Positions 33,379-42,866 are shown, numbered from the stretch's first letter. The stretch is 64,000 nucleotides of DNA from Marinicella sp. (GCA_965230295.1 OZ246001.1:768001-832000), one strand, 5' to 3'. The notes: generated by a model from the letters alone, not told the origin. Numbers and translations: made by a program.

Positions 33379-34368
33379 TTATAAAGTGGTGGTCCACTGC
33401 CAAGTGTCTTGACTCAGGCCGTTTTGAATACCTGTCAATGCAGATTTCAACTGCATTGATTTTTCACCAACACCACCATGACCCACAGCATGTTCATTAC
33501 CATTGAATATCACAGATCCAACAGGTGAAAGGACGGCTGCAGTCCCGGATAAGAATGCTTCTGATTGTGGTAACCACGACAACAAATCTTGAACTGTGTA
33601 ATCCATTTCTTTGACTTTGAAGCCTTGATCAGCCGCCAACTTCAGGATGGAATCACGGGTAATACCTGGCAAAATAGAACCGTCTAATTTCTTGGTGATG
33701 ATTTCAGAACCTTTGATCAGGATGAAATTGGCTGCGCCAGTTTCCTGTACTTGCCCACCTGGGCAAAACAACACTTGATCTGCTCCATATTGTGCCCGGG
33801 CTTGTGTCACCGAGCCCAAAGAAGCCGCATAGTTTCCGCCCGTTTTGACTTGACCGAACTTAGGTGTTGAACGCATGTTTTCGTCATCAATCAACAACTT
33901 CAGTGGCCTGACTCCACCGACAAAATAATCACCCACTGGAGAAGTGATGACATACAACAAGGCTTCCATAGAACCTCGGCCAGCAGCACCAATGTTTAAT
34001 TCAGTGCCAATCAATGTTGGCCTGATGTATAAAGCCCCGGGTAAATCTGGAATTTCATTTTCTACAGCCTTGACAGCTGACAATATCGCTTCTTCTATGA
34101 TCTCGAAATCAGGAACCGGCAAACACAACGCTGCCGCACTGTTACGCAACCGTTCAATGTTGTCTTGGTAGCGAAACAAATGGATTGATCCATCTGCCCA
34201 ACGGTATGCCTTGAGGCCTTCAAAACAAGTGCTGGAGTAATGCAATACATGGGTGGCAGGGTGGAAACTGAAAGGGCCAATGGGTTTGACCTCTACATCA
34301 CTCCACTGCTCATCTTTGTAGTTTGAAACCGCCATTTGAGCGGTGAATGCTTGTCCGAATTCGGCCAT
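33379..34368 (-). CDS. ilvE: Branched-chain amino acid aminotransferase
   Basis: LHYSSTCFEGLKAY, LYIRPTLIG, KTGGNYAAS, ETGAANF, ILPGITRDS and SGTAAVLSPVG. Confidence 0.93.
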   Translation of the reverse strand: MAEFGQAFTAQMAVSNYKDEQWSDVEVKPIGPFSFHPATHVLHYSSTCFEGLKAYRWADGSIHLFRYQDNIERLRNSAAALCLPVPDFEIIEEAILSAVKAVENEIPDLPGALYIRPTLIGTELNIGAAGRGSMEALLYVITSPVGDYFVGGVRPLKLLIDDENMRSTPKFGQVKTGGNYAASLGSVTQARAQYGADQVLFCPGGQVQETGAANFILIKGSEIITKKLDGSILPGITRDSILKLAADQGFKVKEMDYTVQDLLSWLPQSEAFLSGTAAVLSPVGSVIFNGNEHAVGHGGVGEKSMQLKSALTGIQNGLSQDTWQWTTTL

Positions 34369-34502
34369 GATTGAATACGTTGATTGAAAGGCCGCCTATT
34401 CTAACTGAATGAACTCTGTGATGATAGATTCAGGCGTCAATATTATTCTAGCCGGGTACACCCAATAAATACCCAGCTAAGATCAATCATCAGAATTCGT
34501 GC

Positions 34503-34901
34503 TTAGGCAGCGTGTTCAAAATTTTCTTTCTGGTGGGTCTCTTTGTTTTTTAAGATGCTGATTTTATTGTCACTGTCTACAAACACCAAGTTAGGTTGAT
34601 GGGTTTTGGCTTCCTCAGCATCCATTGAACAATAAGCCGCCAAGATCACCAAGTCTCCAGGTTGATTGTGCCTTGCTGCTGCACCATTCAAACAAATTTC
34701 GCCTGGCCCGCCTTCGATCACGTAAGTGGTTAAACGTGATCCACTGTTGCAGTTAAGGACATCGATTTGCTGGTTGATCAGTAAGCCTGCCGCTTTGATC
34801 AAGTCGGGGCAAATTGAAACGGAACCTTCGTAATTGAGGTTGGCATCCGTGATCGTTGCACGGTGTATCTTACTGTGTAACATGGTTAGGTTCATGGGCA
34901 T
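34503..34901 (-). CDS. panD: Aspartate 1-decarboxylase
   Basis: MLHSKIHRATIT, YEG/S autocleavage site, GEICLNGAAAR and GDLVILAAY. Confidence 0.96.
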   Translation of the reverse strand: MPMNLTMLHSKIHRATITDANLNYEGSVSICPDLIKAAGLLINQQIDVLNCNSGSRLTTYVIEGGPGEICLNGAAARHNQPGDLVILAAYCSMDAEEAKTHQPNLVFVDSDNKISILKNKETHQKENFEHAA

Positions 34902-34903
34902 AA

Positions 34904-35686
34904 TTATTTCTCCTGCTCCTGATTGATTTTTTGTGCCAGATACAGCCCTTTGAGGACCAGATCCGGAATGATTTCGTTGAATATGTTGGCATTCCTGAAC
35001 ACCGAGGTAAATCCTCCAGTGCCAATGATGACAGGTTTCTTGCCTTTGAATGATTTTTGTGTCAATCCAGCAATGATTTCTCGCATGGCCCCTTGGGCGC
35101 CATAAAACAATCCAGACTGTATGCTTTCGTTGGTGGACTTTCCAAGCACATCATTGCGCTCTATGATCTCTACGGACCCCAACTTCGAAGCACCGGATTC
35201 CAGTGCTTTCATTGACATCTTCATACCTGCCATGATCACACCACCCATGTATTCTTTGTGGGCAGAGATGGCGCAAAATGTGGTGGCCGTACCCAAATCA
35301 ATGATGATGACATCTTGATTGGGAAACAGGTGAGTCACTGCGATGGCATTGGCAATGCGATCAGCGCCCACTTCCAGTGGGTTGCGATAGCCAATGCGTA
35401 ATCCTGTTTTAACACCCGCCTGAAGTACAAAGGGCTCTAAGTTAAAATACTTTTGACAACAGGCGTTGATGGGATACAAAACTTCTGGCACCACTGAACA
35501 CAAGGCAATGGCTTCAATGTCATTGTGATCAATGTTGTTTTCCCTCAGGACGCTGCGCAAAAATACACCATACTCATCAGACGATGCACCGGTTTTTGAG
35601 GCCATTCTGAATTGAACCTGCAATTCATCGTTATCAAACACCCCACCATGCATGTGGCTGTTTCCAATGTCTAAACATAAAATCAT
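34904..35686 (-). CDS. coaX: Type III pantothenate kinase
   Basis: LDIGNS, SVVP, VGADRIAN, IDLGTATT, GGVIMAG, TGG and LVLKGL. Confidence 0.96.
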   Translation of the reverse strand: MILCLDIGNSHMHGGVFDNDELQVQFRMASKTGASSDEYGVFLRSVLRENNIDHNDIEAIALCSVVPEVLYPINACCQKYFNLEPFVLQAGVKTGLRIGYRNPLEVGADRIANAIAVTHLFPNQDVIIIDLGTATTFCAISAHKEYMGGVIMAGMKMSMKALESGASKLGSVEIIERNDVLGKSTNESIQSGLFYGAQGAMREIIAGLTQKSFKGKKPVIIGTGGFTSVFRNANIFNEIIPDLVLKGLYLAQKINQEQEK

Positions 35687-36345
35687 TCAACTTGCTCCAA
35701 TTTCTGAATCACTGCACCAGCCATGGCATGAACATCAACGCAAGGTGTGACCTCTTCTGTCAGACCATACAAACAAAATCCATGGGTACAATCAGTGATG
35801 TCATTCAAGTCATTGTGTGCCACCATATCAATCACATCTTGTGTGATTAACTTATTGATGGCGGATAACCTAACCTCATGACTCTTTGAATTGGTTAACT
35901 TGAAGGCCACCACCAACACATCTGGGTTAAGTGACCAGTCTTTGATTCTAGAAACCAATTTAGGTTGTTTACTTAATTCCAACCGGACCTTATCGGCTGT
36001 GGGTAATTTGATATCCCTGCCAGCTGCAAATGTCTCACCATCAAGCACGATTGATGAAACTTTGAAATCACTGACGGCAGCCGCTTGAAAAACCGCATCA
36101 TATCGGTTTTTTGACAATGCTTTTTGCAATGAATCTGCCAATTCATCAAACGTCTCATAGAAAATTTTGTGGACATTAGCATTGGGTTGAACTGCACTTT
36201 TGGCTCCCAGCCAAGTCACTTGATGACCTTGTTGGGCCAAAAAATCAACCAGATCTGCCCCTGTTCGCCCACTGCTACAGTTGCCAATGTACCTGACACC
36301 ATCTATGTACTCTTTGGTGCCGCCAGCGGTGATCAATATGTTCAT
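35683..36345 (-). CDS. coaB: Stand-alone phosphopantothenate-cysteine ligase
   Basis: ILITAGGTKEYIDGVRYIGNCSSGRTG, AAAVSDF, PKLV and VAFKL. Confidence 0.9.
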   Translation of the reverse strand: MNILITAGGTKEYIDGVRYIGNCSSGRTGADLVDFLAQQGHQVTWLGAKSAVQPNANVHKIFYETFDELADSLQKALSKNRYDAVFQAAAVSDFKVSSIVLDGETFAAGRDIKLPTADKVRLELSKQPKLVSRIKDWSLNPDVLVVAFKLTNSKSHEVRLSAINKLITQDVIDMVAHNDLNDITDCTHGFCLYGLTEEVTPCVDVHAMAGAVIQKLEQVE

Positions 36346-36872
36346 TTCAGTTGCTCCACAAATCTCATGATTTCATCCACTTCTGGCATGCGACCGTCAC
36401 CTTGTTCACCACAAGCCAATTCGCCTGATTTGGGCAACAAAATATCAACGCCCCACTCGTTCAGCTTATTGATGGCTGCTTGGGTCGCCGGGTAATCCCA
36501 CATCATGGTATTCATGGCGGGAACCAACACCATCGGTTTGCCCAAGCCATGCGCGGCTATCCAAACTGTGGTGACAGGATCGTCGGCTATACCTACTGCG
36601 AGCTTGTTGATGACATTTGCTGTGGCAGGACACAAGATAATTTGATCAGCCCAACGACTGACATGAATGTGATCCATCATGGCATCATTTTCGTAAACAT
36701 TGTTCATGACACGGTGCTGACTCAAACCTTCTAAGGTAGCCACACCTACAAAATTCAGCGCTCCAGGGGTGCACACCACTTTGACCTCGTCTCCTTGTTT
36801 GACCCAAGCGGAAATCAAACCGGTGGCCTTGGCACAAGCAATTGAACCAGTCATTAACAACAATCTTTTCAT
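36342..36872 (-). CDS. coaC: Stand-alone phosphopantothenoylcysteine decarboxylase
   Basis: TGSIA, HI..SRWAD, PATAN.I.K.A.GIADD, PAMNTMMW and LACGEQGDGRMP. Confidence 0.93.
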   Translation of the reverse strand: MKRLLLMTGSIACAKATGLISAWVKQGDEVKVVCTPGALNFVGVATLEGLSQHRVMNNVYENDAMMDHIHVSRWADQIILCPATANVINKLAVGIADDPVTTVWIAAHGLGKPMVLVPAMNTMMWDYPATQAAINKLNEWGVDILLPKSGELACGEQGDGRMPEVDEIMRFVEQLK

Positions 36873-37639
36873 GCTTCACCACCTTGCTCATAGGGCACAT
36901 TGTCAATCAATCTCACCTCGCCCAAACTGGCAGCAGCCAGCAAGCGGTTGTTGTAAATCGACAAATAATCAAGCTCAAAACCCAAATCTGCCAAGCGCTG
37001 TTCTTTTTCCTTGATTGTGGTGTCCGCCACTAGTATGGCATGCAGTTGCGGTGCAATTTTTCGCTGAATCGGGGTTAAGCGTAAATTTCTTGAACTCATG
37101 GCCAAACCATCTGCTTCCCGAATAATGGGACATGAAACAATTTCAACATCCATGAAAAATGCTTTTACCATACCTTGAATCAACATCAACTGTTGGTAAT
37201 CTTTTTCGCCAAAATAGGCTTTGTGTGGTTTCACCAAATTCAGTAGTTTCATCACCACCGACAAGACGCCATCGAAATGTCCAGGTCGATGTGCGCCACA
37301 GAATTGATCACTGAGCTTTTTTTCAGTCATTTGATAGGCATAATCATCGGGGTAGACACTGTGGAAATCGGGCATAAAAACTGCCATCACTCCAGCGCTT
37401 GCCAATTGCTCCAGGTCTTGCTCAAGGGTTTTGGGATAATTGGACAAATCAGACGCTTGATCAAATTGTGTTGGGTTGACAAAAATACTGACGATCACAT
37501 GGTCATTGTGCTCGTTGGCTTTTCTGATCAAAGACAAGTGGCCGGCATGTAATGCACCCATGGTAGGTACGAAACCAACCGATCCAGTTAAACCTGCACG
37601 ATATGACTGTAAAGTTGAAATGTCTGCCAAACGTTGCAT
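36869..37639 (-). CDS. panC: Pantoate-beta-alanine ligase
   Basis: GFVPTMGALHAGHLSL, SIFVNPTQF, RPGHFDGV, FGEKDYQQ, GLAMSSRN and RLIDN. Confidence 0.97.
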   Translation of the reverse strand: MQRLADISTLQSYRAGLTGSVGFVPTMGALHAGHLSLIRKANEHNDHVIVSIFVNPTQFDQASDLSNYPKTLEQDLEQLASAGVMAVFMPDFHSVYPDDYAYQMTEKKLSDQFCGAHRPGHFDGVLSVVMKLLNLVKPHKAYFGEKDYQQLMLIQGMVKAFFMDVEIVSCPIIREADGLAMSSRNLRLTPIQRKIAPQLHAILVADTTIKEKEQRLADLGFELDYLSIYNNRLLAAASLGEVRLIDNVPYEQGGEA

Positions 37640-38427
37640 CAATACTGCTCCGACTCATCTGGAAACTGTTGTTTTTTCACATCATCAGCATAGGCATTGA
37701 AGGCATTCAAGAACAATTCTTCTGTGTTCAAATAGCGGCGCAAAAATTTCGGGCTGAATGCAGATGAATACCCCAACATGTCTTGTAGAACCAACACCTG
37801 GCCATCAACCGCCGCACCCGCTCCAATACCAATGGTAATCATATCAGTGTGTTTGACCAATTCACGGGTCAGTTGATCAGGCACACATTCCAGGACCACA
37901 GAAAAGCATCCCAGCGATTCCAGGGTTTTGGCCTCGTTGATGATCCTTGCTTGGTCATCGGCCGATTTTCCCTGTACTTTGAAGCCGCCGAATTGGTTGA
38001 CTGATTGTGGGGTTAAACCAATGTGCCCCATCACAGGGATGCCTGAATCAACGATGTGCTTAATGAGTGACTCATTGCCTGCAACACCTTCAAGCTTTAT
38101 GGCGTGGGCCCCTGCTTTCATCAAGGCTTCCACTGCTTTCATATTTTCGTCGAGGGATTTTCGGTATGACAAAAACGGCATATCACCAATGATGAACTTA
38201 TCCGGAGCTCCTTTAGCCACGGCGCTCACATGCTGTGCCATGGTTACATAATCTATGGGCAATGTTGAACTTTCCCCATGCATCACCATGGCAGCCGAAT
38301 CACCAACCAATATCATATCCACAGTAGATTGATTCATGATCCTCGCGGAAGAGTAATCATAACAAGTGAGCATCGCCAATTTTTCACTTGCTTGTTGCTT
38401 AGCAAATAATTGATTGATGTTACTCAT
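37639..38427 (-). CDS. panB: 3-methyl-2-oxobutanoate hydroxymethyltransferase
   Basis: MLTCYD, LVGDS, DMPFLSY, KLEG, GHIGLTPQS, TIGIGAG and DGQVLVLQDMLG. Confidence 0.97.
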   Translation of the reverse strand: MSNINQLFAKQQASEKLAMLTCYDYSSARIMNQSTVDMILVGDSAAMVMHGESSTLPIDYVTMAQHVSAVAKGAPDKFIIGDMPFLSYRKSLDENMKAVEALMKAGAHAIKLEGVAGNESLIKHIVDSGIPVMGHIGLTPQSVNQFGGFKVQGKSADDQARIINEAKTLESLGCFSVVLECVPDQLTRELVKHTDMITIGIGAGAAVDGQVLVLQDMLGYSSAFSPKFLRRYLNTEELFLNAFNAYADDVKKQQFPDESEQY

Positions 38428-39230
38428 GAGTGCCTCCTTTGGTTCGACAACTCAGGTGTTTGGTGTAAATTGTAGAAAGTTTGGTAGACTGCAGACAGTG
38501 GATGATTCCTCAGGGCTTGTTGATGTTTTTCTATGGTGGCAAAATCTCCCCTGACAAATGGTCCCGTTGCTGATTTTTCAGGATTGTTGATGAAGTTTTT
38601 GGTGTTCTGCAACAAATACTGTGACATCAAATCCTTGGGTAAATTAATTTGTTCTAATTCGTGTCCCAGGGTTTTCCACAGCATTTGACTGAAATTACCT
38701 GCCATCACACAATAAGCATGGTAAAGCGCTTTATGATTTGCTTGTATGCCATGAGTTGGATTCTTGAACAATGGAAACAGGGTTTTAAACTCAACACCCT
38801 CATCAACCACAAAAGGTATGGATTGGTATGACTCCAAATCATACAAGTCTGCGCCGAATGTCATCAAGGGGTGACACCCTATGGCCAACTCAGTATTCAA
38901 TGAGCCAGAAAAATGGACACATGTTTTACCCTTTAATACTGGGTTTTGGCGTATAAAGCTTTCTATTTGGTCGTCAGGGATTAACAACAATACGGTATCG
39001 ACGCGTTCAATGGCTGCCGCCAATGACTGAGGTTTTATGAGGGATTGCAGTTTTCGTTTGAACGCCGCTAATTTAGATTGGGCACGTCCTGATGCCACAG
39101 ATTGATTGGCTTTCGATTCACGAAACCAATGTACGAAAGGCTGCCCCACCAATCCGAAATATTGGATCATGTGGTGCGCCACTTTGCCATTACCAACAAT
39201 GGCGATTTTTTCAGGTACCTGTCGATTCAC
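38424..39230 (-). CDS. Rossmann-fold/DUF2520 oxidoreductase, probable PanG-type ketopantoate reductase
   Basis: IAIVGNGKVA, LLIPDDQI, HFSGS, HPLMTF, YHAYCVMAGNF and TGPFVRGD...H; first gene of the pan operon with an ATGA overlap to panB. Confidence 0.8.
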   Translation of the reverse strand: MNRQVPEKIAIVGNGKVAHHMIQYFGLVGQPFVHWFRESKANQSVASGRAQSKLAAFKRKLQSLIKPQSLAAAIERVDTVLLLIPDDQIESFIRQNPVLKGKTCVHFSGSLNTELAIGCHPLMTFGADLYDLESYQSIPFVVDEGVEFKTLFPLFKNPTHGIQANHKALYHAYCVMAGNFSQMLWKTLGHELEQINLPKDLMSQYLLQNTKNFINNPEKSATGPFVRGDFATIEKHQQALRNHPLSAVYQTFYNLHQTPELSNQRRHS

Positions 39231-39343
39231 AGATCAAGTCCTCATTGTGTGGTGACTGATCAGCAGACCAGTCAAGTTAGTAAGTCACTGTTCACAATGA
39301 ATCAGTGCTGTTGCTATTATATGATGACTTGTCTGAATATCAA
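39231..39343 (-). promoter_or_regulatory. Promoter and structured 5' leader of the pan/coa operon
   Basis: TTGATA-N16-TATAAT (39343-39316); leader with a TCATTGTG/CACAATGA stem adjoining SD GAGGA and an inner TGACTGGTC/GATCAGTCA hairpin. Confidence 0.6.
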
Positions 39344-39371
39344 GTGAATGCCAGTCAGATTCTTTCTCATC

Positions 39372-39962
39372 TTAGGGCACAGATGCTAAAAATGCCCTGA
39401 TCCCATCCAGGAACATTTGCACAGCTATGGCGATCAAGATCATACCCATCAGCCTTTCAATCGCAATCATGCCATTTTTACCCAAATATTTTTGCATGGC
39501 AGTGGCTGAGAACAGAATGATCGCTGATACCAACCAAGCGATGAACAAAGCGATGGCCAGAACATCAAATTGCTCCGGGTGCTTACTGGCCAATAAAATC
39601 AAAGTGGCCAATATAGAGGGGCCTGCCACCAAAGGGATGGCCATGGGCACCAAAAAGGGCGCTTCCTCTGAAGCTTCTTCATCACCGTATTGTTTGCTGG
39701 CAGGGAAAATCATGCGCAAAGCGATGATGAATAGAATAATGGCCCCTGCCAATGACACAGACACTTGTTCCAAATGCAGGAAATCCAACATTTGTTTGCC
39801 AAAAAACAAGAACAAATACAGGATGCCAAGTGCCAACAACAATTCCCTGGCCAACACCCGAAACCGGTTTTCTACTTTTTCCAATTGGGAAAGGAAAATT
39901 GGGATGTTACCCAACGGGTCCAAAATCAAGAACAATAAAATGGTGGCTGATAAAATATCCAT
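39372..39962 (-). CDS. MarC family membrane protein (YhgN-like)
   Basis: LFLILDPLGNIPIF, PFLVPMAIPLVAGPS and ERLMGMILIAIAVQM. Confidence 0.93.
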   Translation of the reverse strand: MDILSATILLFLILDPLGNIPIFLSQLEKVENRFRVLARELLLALGILYLFLFFGKQMLDFLHLEQVSVSLAGAIILFIIALRMIFPASKQYGDEEASEEAPFLVPMAIPLVAGPSILATLILLASKHPEQFDVLAIALFIAWLVSAIILFSATAMQKYLGKNGMIAIERLMGMILIAIAVQMFLDGIRAFLASVP

Positions 39963-39973
39963 GATAACTCCCT

Positions 39974-40012
39974 CAAAAAAAAAGCCAGTTAATGGTTTTC
40001 ACTAACTGGCCT
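39974..40012 (-). terminator. Intrinsic terminator after bamD
   Basis: Minus strand GGCCAGTTAGTG-AAAAC-CATTAACTGGCT followed by a long T-run. Confidence 0.75.
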
Positions 40013-40033
40013 TGTTGTGTTTGTTGTGACTGA

Positions 40034-40870
40034 TCAAAAAGGCCAGATGTCACTCCATTTAAGCACATCTGTATCTAAATCCAGTTCCCCATCCGATAAA
40101 TAACTGTGGTTGGGATAGTTTGCTGACAACATGGCTTGGCTTTGTTCTGCCAATTCATCCTCATCAAGTTTTTTATAAGATTCCACCATCAAAGCCAAAG
40201 CATTACCAACCGAAGGTGTGTCCTGAAATGACTCCAGCACAAATTTAGCCCTGTTCACCGCTGCGATGGGCGCGCCACGCCTTAGGTAGTAAGACGCCAC
40301 TTGAACCTCATAAGCAGCCAATTGGTTTTTCAGGTACACCATGCGTTTTCTGGCATCAGGTGCATAAGAACTGTCAGGATACCTTTCGATAAAATTTTTA
40401 AATGAGATGAAGGCGTTGCGTATGTTGTCCTGATTGCGGTCTGCGGCTTTGTCGGGGTTAACCCTTTGGATAAAACCACGATCACTGTCGAAGTAAATCA
40501 AGCCTTTCAGATAATAGGCATAATCCAGGTTCTTGTGCGCAGGGTAATTTTTAACGAAGCGATCAACCGTAGTAACGGCTTGTTCCATTTGATACATCTT
40601 ATATTGGGCGTAAGCCAATTCCAGGTATCCTTGTTCGGTGTAATGTCCAAACGGATAATGTGAACGCAATGCTTTGTATTTATCAGCAGCGGTGGACCAC
40701 ACACCAGCATCCAAAGCCCTTTTGGCTCCTAAATACATTTCCAGTGAAGTCAGCTTAGTGACTTCAACTTCTCTGACCTCGTCTTTTTTCCCACAGGCTT
40801 GCAACACCAATACACTGATGACAATCAATAGGATGGCTTTAAACCCACTTGAGTTTTTGTTATTCAACAT
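40034..40870 (-). CDS. bamD: Outer membrane protein assembly lipoprotein BamD
   Basis: Lipobox LQAC, YPFGHY, LAYAQY, DYAYYLKGL, YPDSSYAPDA and AAVNRA; divergent from rluD. Confidence 0.95.
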   Translation of the reverse strand: MLNNKNSSGFKAILLIVISVLVLQACGKKDEVREVEVTKLTSLEMYLGAKRALDAGVWSTAADKYKALRSHYPFGHYTEQGYLELAYAQYKMYQMEQAVTTVDRFVKNYPAHKNLDYAYYLKGLIYFDSDRGFIQRVNPDKAADRNQDNIRNAFISFKNFIERYPDSSYAPDARKRMVYLKNQLAAYEVQVASYYLRRGAPIAAVNRAKFVLESFQDTPSVGNALALMVESYKKLDEDELAEQSQAMLSANYPNHSYLSDGELDLDTDVLKWSDIWPF

Positions 40871-41010
40871 GTAAAAACCTCTTTGAATCACTGAATTCTC
40901 AGTGTCAGACATTAACAAAGGGACACATTAACCGCCCTGGGCTTAAATAAAAGTTAAAACACACGGCTTTTTCATAGTTTATATGAAATGGGTCAATGTA
41001 AAATACGGCC

Positions 41011-42012
41011 ATGAGTGAAAACGATAACAAGATTAAGCAGCAACTGCATGTCACCCCTGAATCTTCCGGTTTGCGTCTTGACCAGTACTTGACACAACTG
41101 TTCCCAGATCATTCCAGAGCGAACATTCAGCAATGGATAAAACTGGGCAGTGTCAAAATCAACGGCCATAATACCAAAAGCAAAACCCTTTTGAAAGGAT
41201 TTGAAGTGATTGACTTGGATATCACCATTGAAAAGGCGGTTGATGACCAACCTGAAGCCATGGATTTAGACATCAGATACGAAGATCAATACCTGTTGAT
41301 TCTAAACAAACCAGCTGGCCTGGTCGTACATCCTGGCAGCGGTAACCCAAATGGAACTTTGCTCAATGGTTTACTGGCCATCAGTGAAGAACAGGCCATG
41401 CTCACTCGAGCAGGTATTGTTCATCGGCTGGATAAAGACACTTCTGGTTTGATGGTGGTGGCCAAAACTGCCGCCTGCCAACTGAAATTGATTGACCTGC
41501 TTAAGACCCATGATGTCAAACGCCAATACTTTTGTGTGGTCAAAGGTCACATTGGTCAGGGTGGCACCATACTCAATCAAATGGGCCGGCATCCAACGCA
41601 ACGCATAAAAATGGCTGTGGTCATGAATGGTAAAGAGGCCATCACCCATTACGAACCATTTGACAATTTTGACCATTACACCAGTTTAACCATCAACTTA
41701 GAAACCGGCCGCACCCATCAAATCAGGGTACACATGCACCACTTGGGACACCCCTTGGTTGGAGACCCTTTGTATGGCAACCCCAATCGGGTGGACGCCG
41801 ATGTCGATGCCGAGCTTAAGGGCATCATCAGATCGTTTCCGAGACAAGCGTTACACGCTGAAAAGCTTGAATTTATACATCCAATCACAAATGAGCCCAT
41901 TTCTGTCAATGCCGAATTACCTGACGATTTGTGTCAATTATTGGAAGAATTGGAATTTTTGGACCTAAAACAAGCAGATTTTGATGATTTTGACGTGGAA
42001 TACGTCGAATAA
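41011..42012 (+). CDS. rluD: 23S rRNA pseudouridine synthase RluD
   Basis: S4 domain RLDQYL, NKPAGLVVHPG, GIVHRLDKDTSGL, LETGRTHQIRVH and RQALHA. Confidence 0.96.
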   Translation: MSENDNKIKQQLHVTPESSGLRLDQYLTQLFPDHSRANIQQWIKLGSVKINGHNTKSKTLLKGFEVIDLDITIEKAVDDQPEAMDLDIRYEDQYLLILNKPAGLVVHPGSGNPNGTLLNGLLAISEEQAMLTRAGIVHRLDKDTSGLMVVAKTAACQLKLIDLLKTHDVKRQYFCVVKGHIGQGGTILNQMGRHPTQRIKMAVVMNGKEAITHYEPFDNFDHYTSLTINLETGRTHQIRVHMHHLGHPLVGDPLYGNPNRVDADVDAELKGIIRSFPRQALHAEKLEFIHPITNEPISVNAELPDDLCQLLEELEFLDLKQADFDDFDVEYVE

Positions 42013-42158
42013 TTCAATAAATATGAGCATTTGCTCGCATTTTCAGCTAATATTAGTTTATTGGAATATTATCTAACGGGGTCAATTACTCAATTCCTAG
42101 ATACTTGTGGCTTTACTCCCTCTTCCACATATTTACTTAAATTGGCCCTTCTTTTTTT

Positions 42159-42866
42159 ATGACTCACTTGATTGAACAATGGCATCGTCCAGCGAATGTG
42201 TTTGCTCTACAAACCACTCAATCACTGGATTCATTCAACCATTTCAGTGTACACCCCAGTGATGCCAATCCGGACCTCATGAAGCTGTTGGTGGATAATT
42301 TTCAATTGCCCCATGAGCCCATGTTTTTACACCAGGTGCATGAGAACAACATTGTTGAATATCACAGTCGACCTGGAAAACAAATGCAAATCCAGGCGGA
42401 TGCTTGTTTCACCCGTCAACCGGATGTGATTTGTGCCATCATGACCGCTGACTGTTTACCGGTTTTGTTGACTGACGCCAAAGGCTCATTCATAGCTGCC
42501 ATTCATTGTGGATGGCGCAGCTTGTATGCCAACATCCTGGAGGAAACAATGTCAACGATTAACCCGTCTGCTGAAGTACTCGCCTGGTTTGGCCCTTGTA
42601 TCCAACAAGCACAATATGAGGTGGGTGAGGATTTTGTCGAGCATTACGTAAAAAAGCACCCTGAATCCAAACCTGCTTTCACTCTTAATGCGGGTGGAAA
42701 AAGCCTGGCAGATCTGACCCTATTGGCAACATCTCAACTACAGCAAGCCGGCGTTTGTCAAATTGAAAAAGACCCTCGATGTACTTTCCTTGATCCAGAT
42801 TTTCACTCCTGGCGCCAAGATCAAACAACCATGCGCATGGCGACCATGGCTTGGCTGTACAATTGA
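42159..42866 (+). CDS. pgeF: Peptidoglycan editing factor PgeF (YfiH)
   Basis: HQVH, ADAC, MTADCLPVL, AIHCGWR, GPCI..YEVG and FHSWR; rluD synteny. Confidence 0.92.
   Translation: MTHLIEQWHRPANVFALQTTQSLDSFNHFSVHPSDANPDLMKLLVDNFQLPHEPMFLHQVHENNIVEYHSRPGKQMQIQADACFTRQPDVICAIMTADCLPVLLTDAKGSFIAAIHCGWRSLYANILEETMSTINPSAEVLAWFGPCIQQAQYEVGEDFVEHYVKKHPESKPAFTLNAGGKSLADLTLLATSQLQQAGVCQIEKDPRCTFLDPDFHSWRQDQTTMRMATMAWLYN

Noticed and set aside
39427-40005. 192-aa plus-strand ORF antisense to marC, and similar shadow ORFs at 45497-45982 and 61532-62044
   Set aside because: Antisense or alternative-frame shadows of well-supported genes, with no recognisable motifs.
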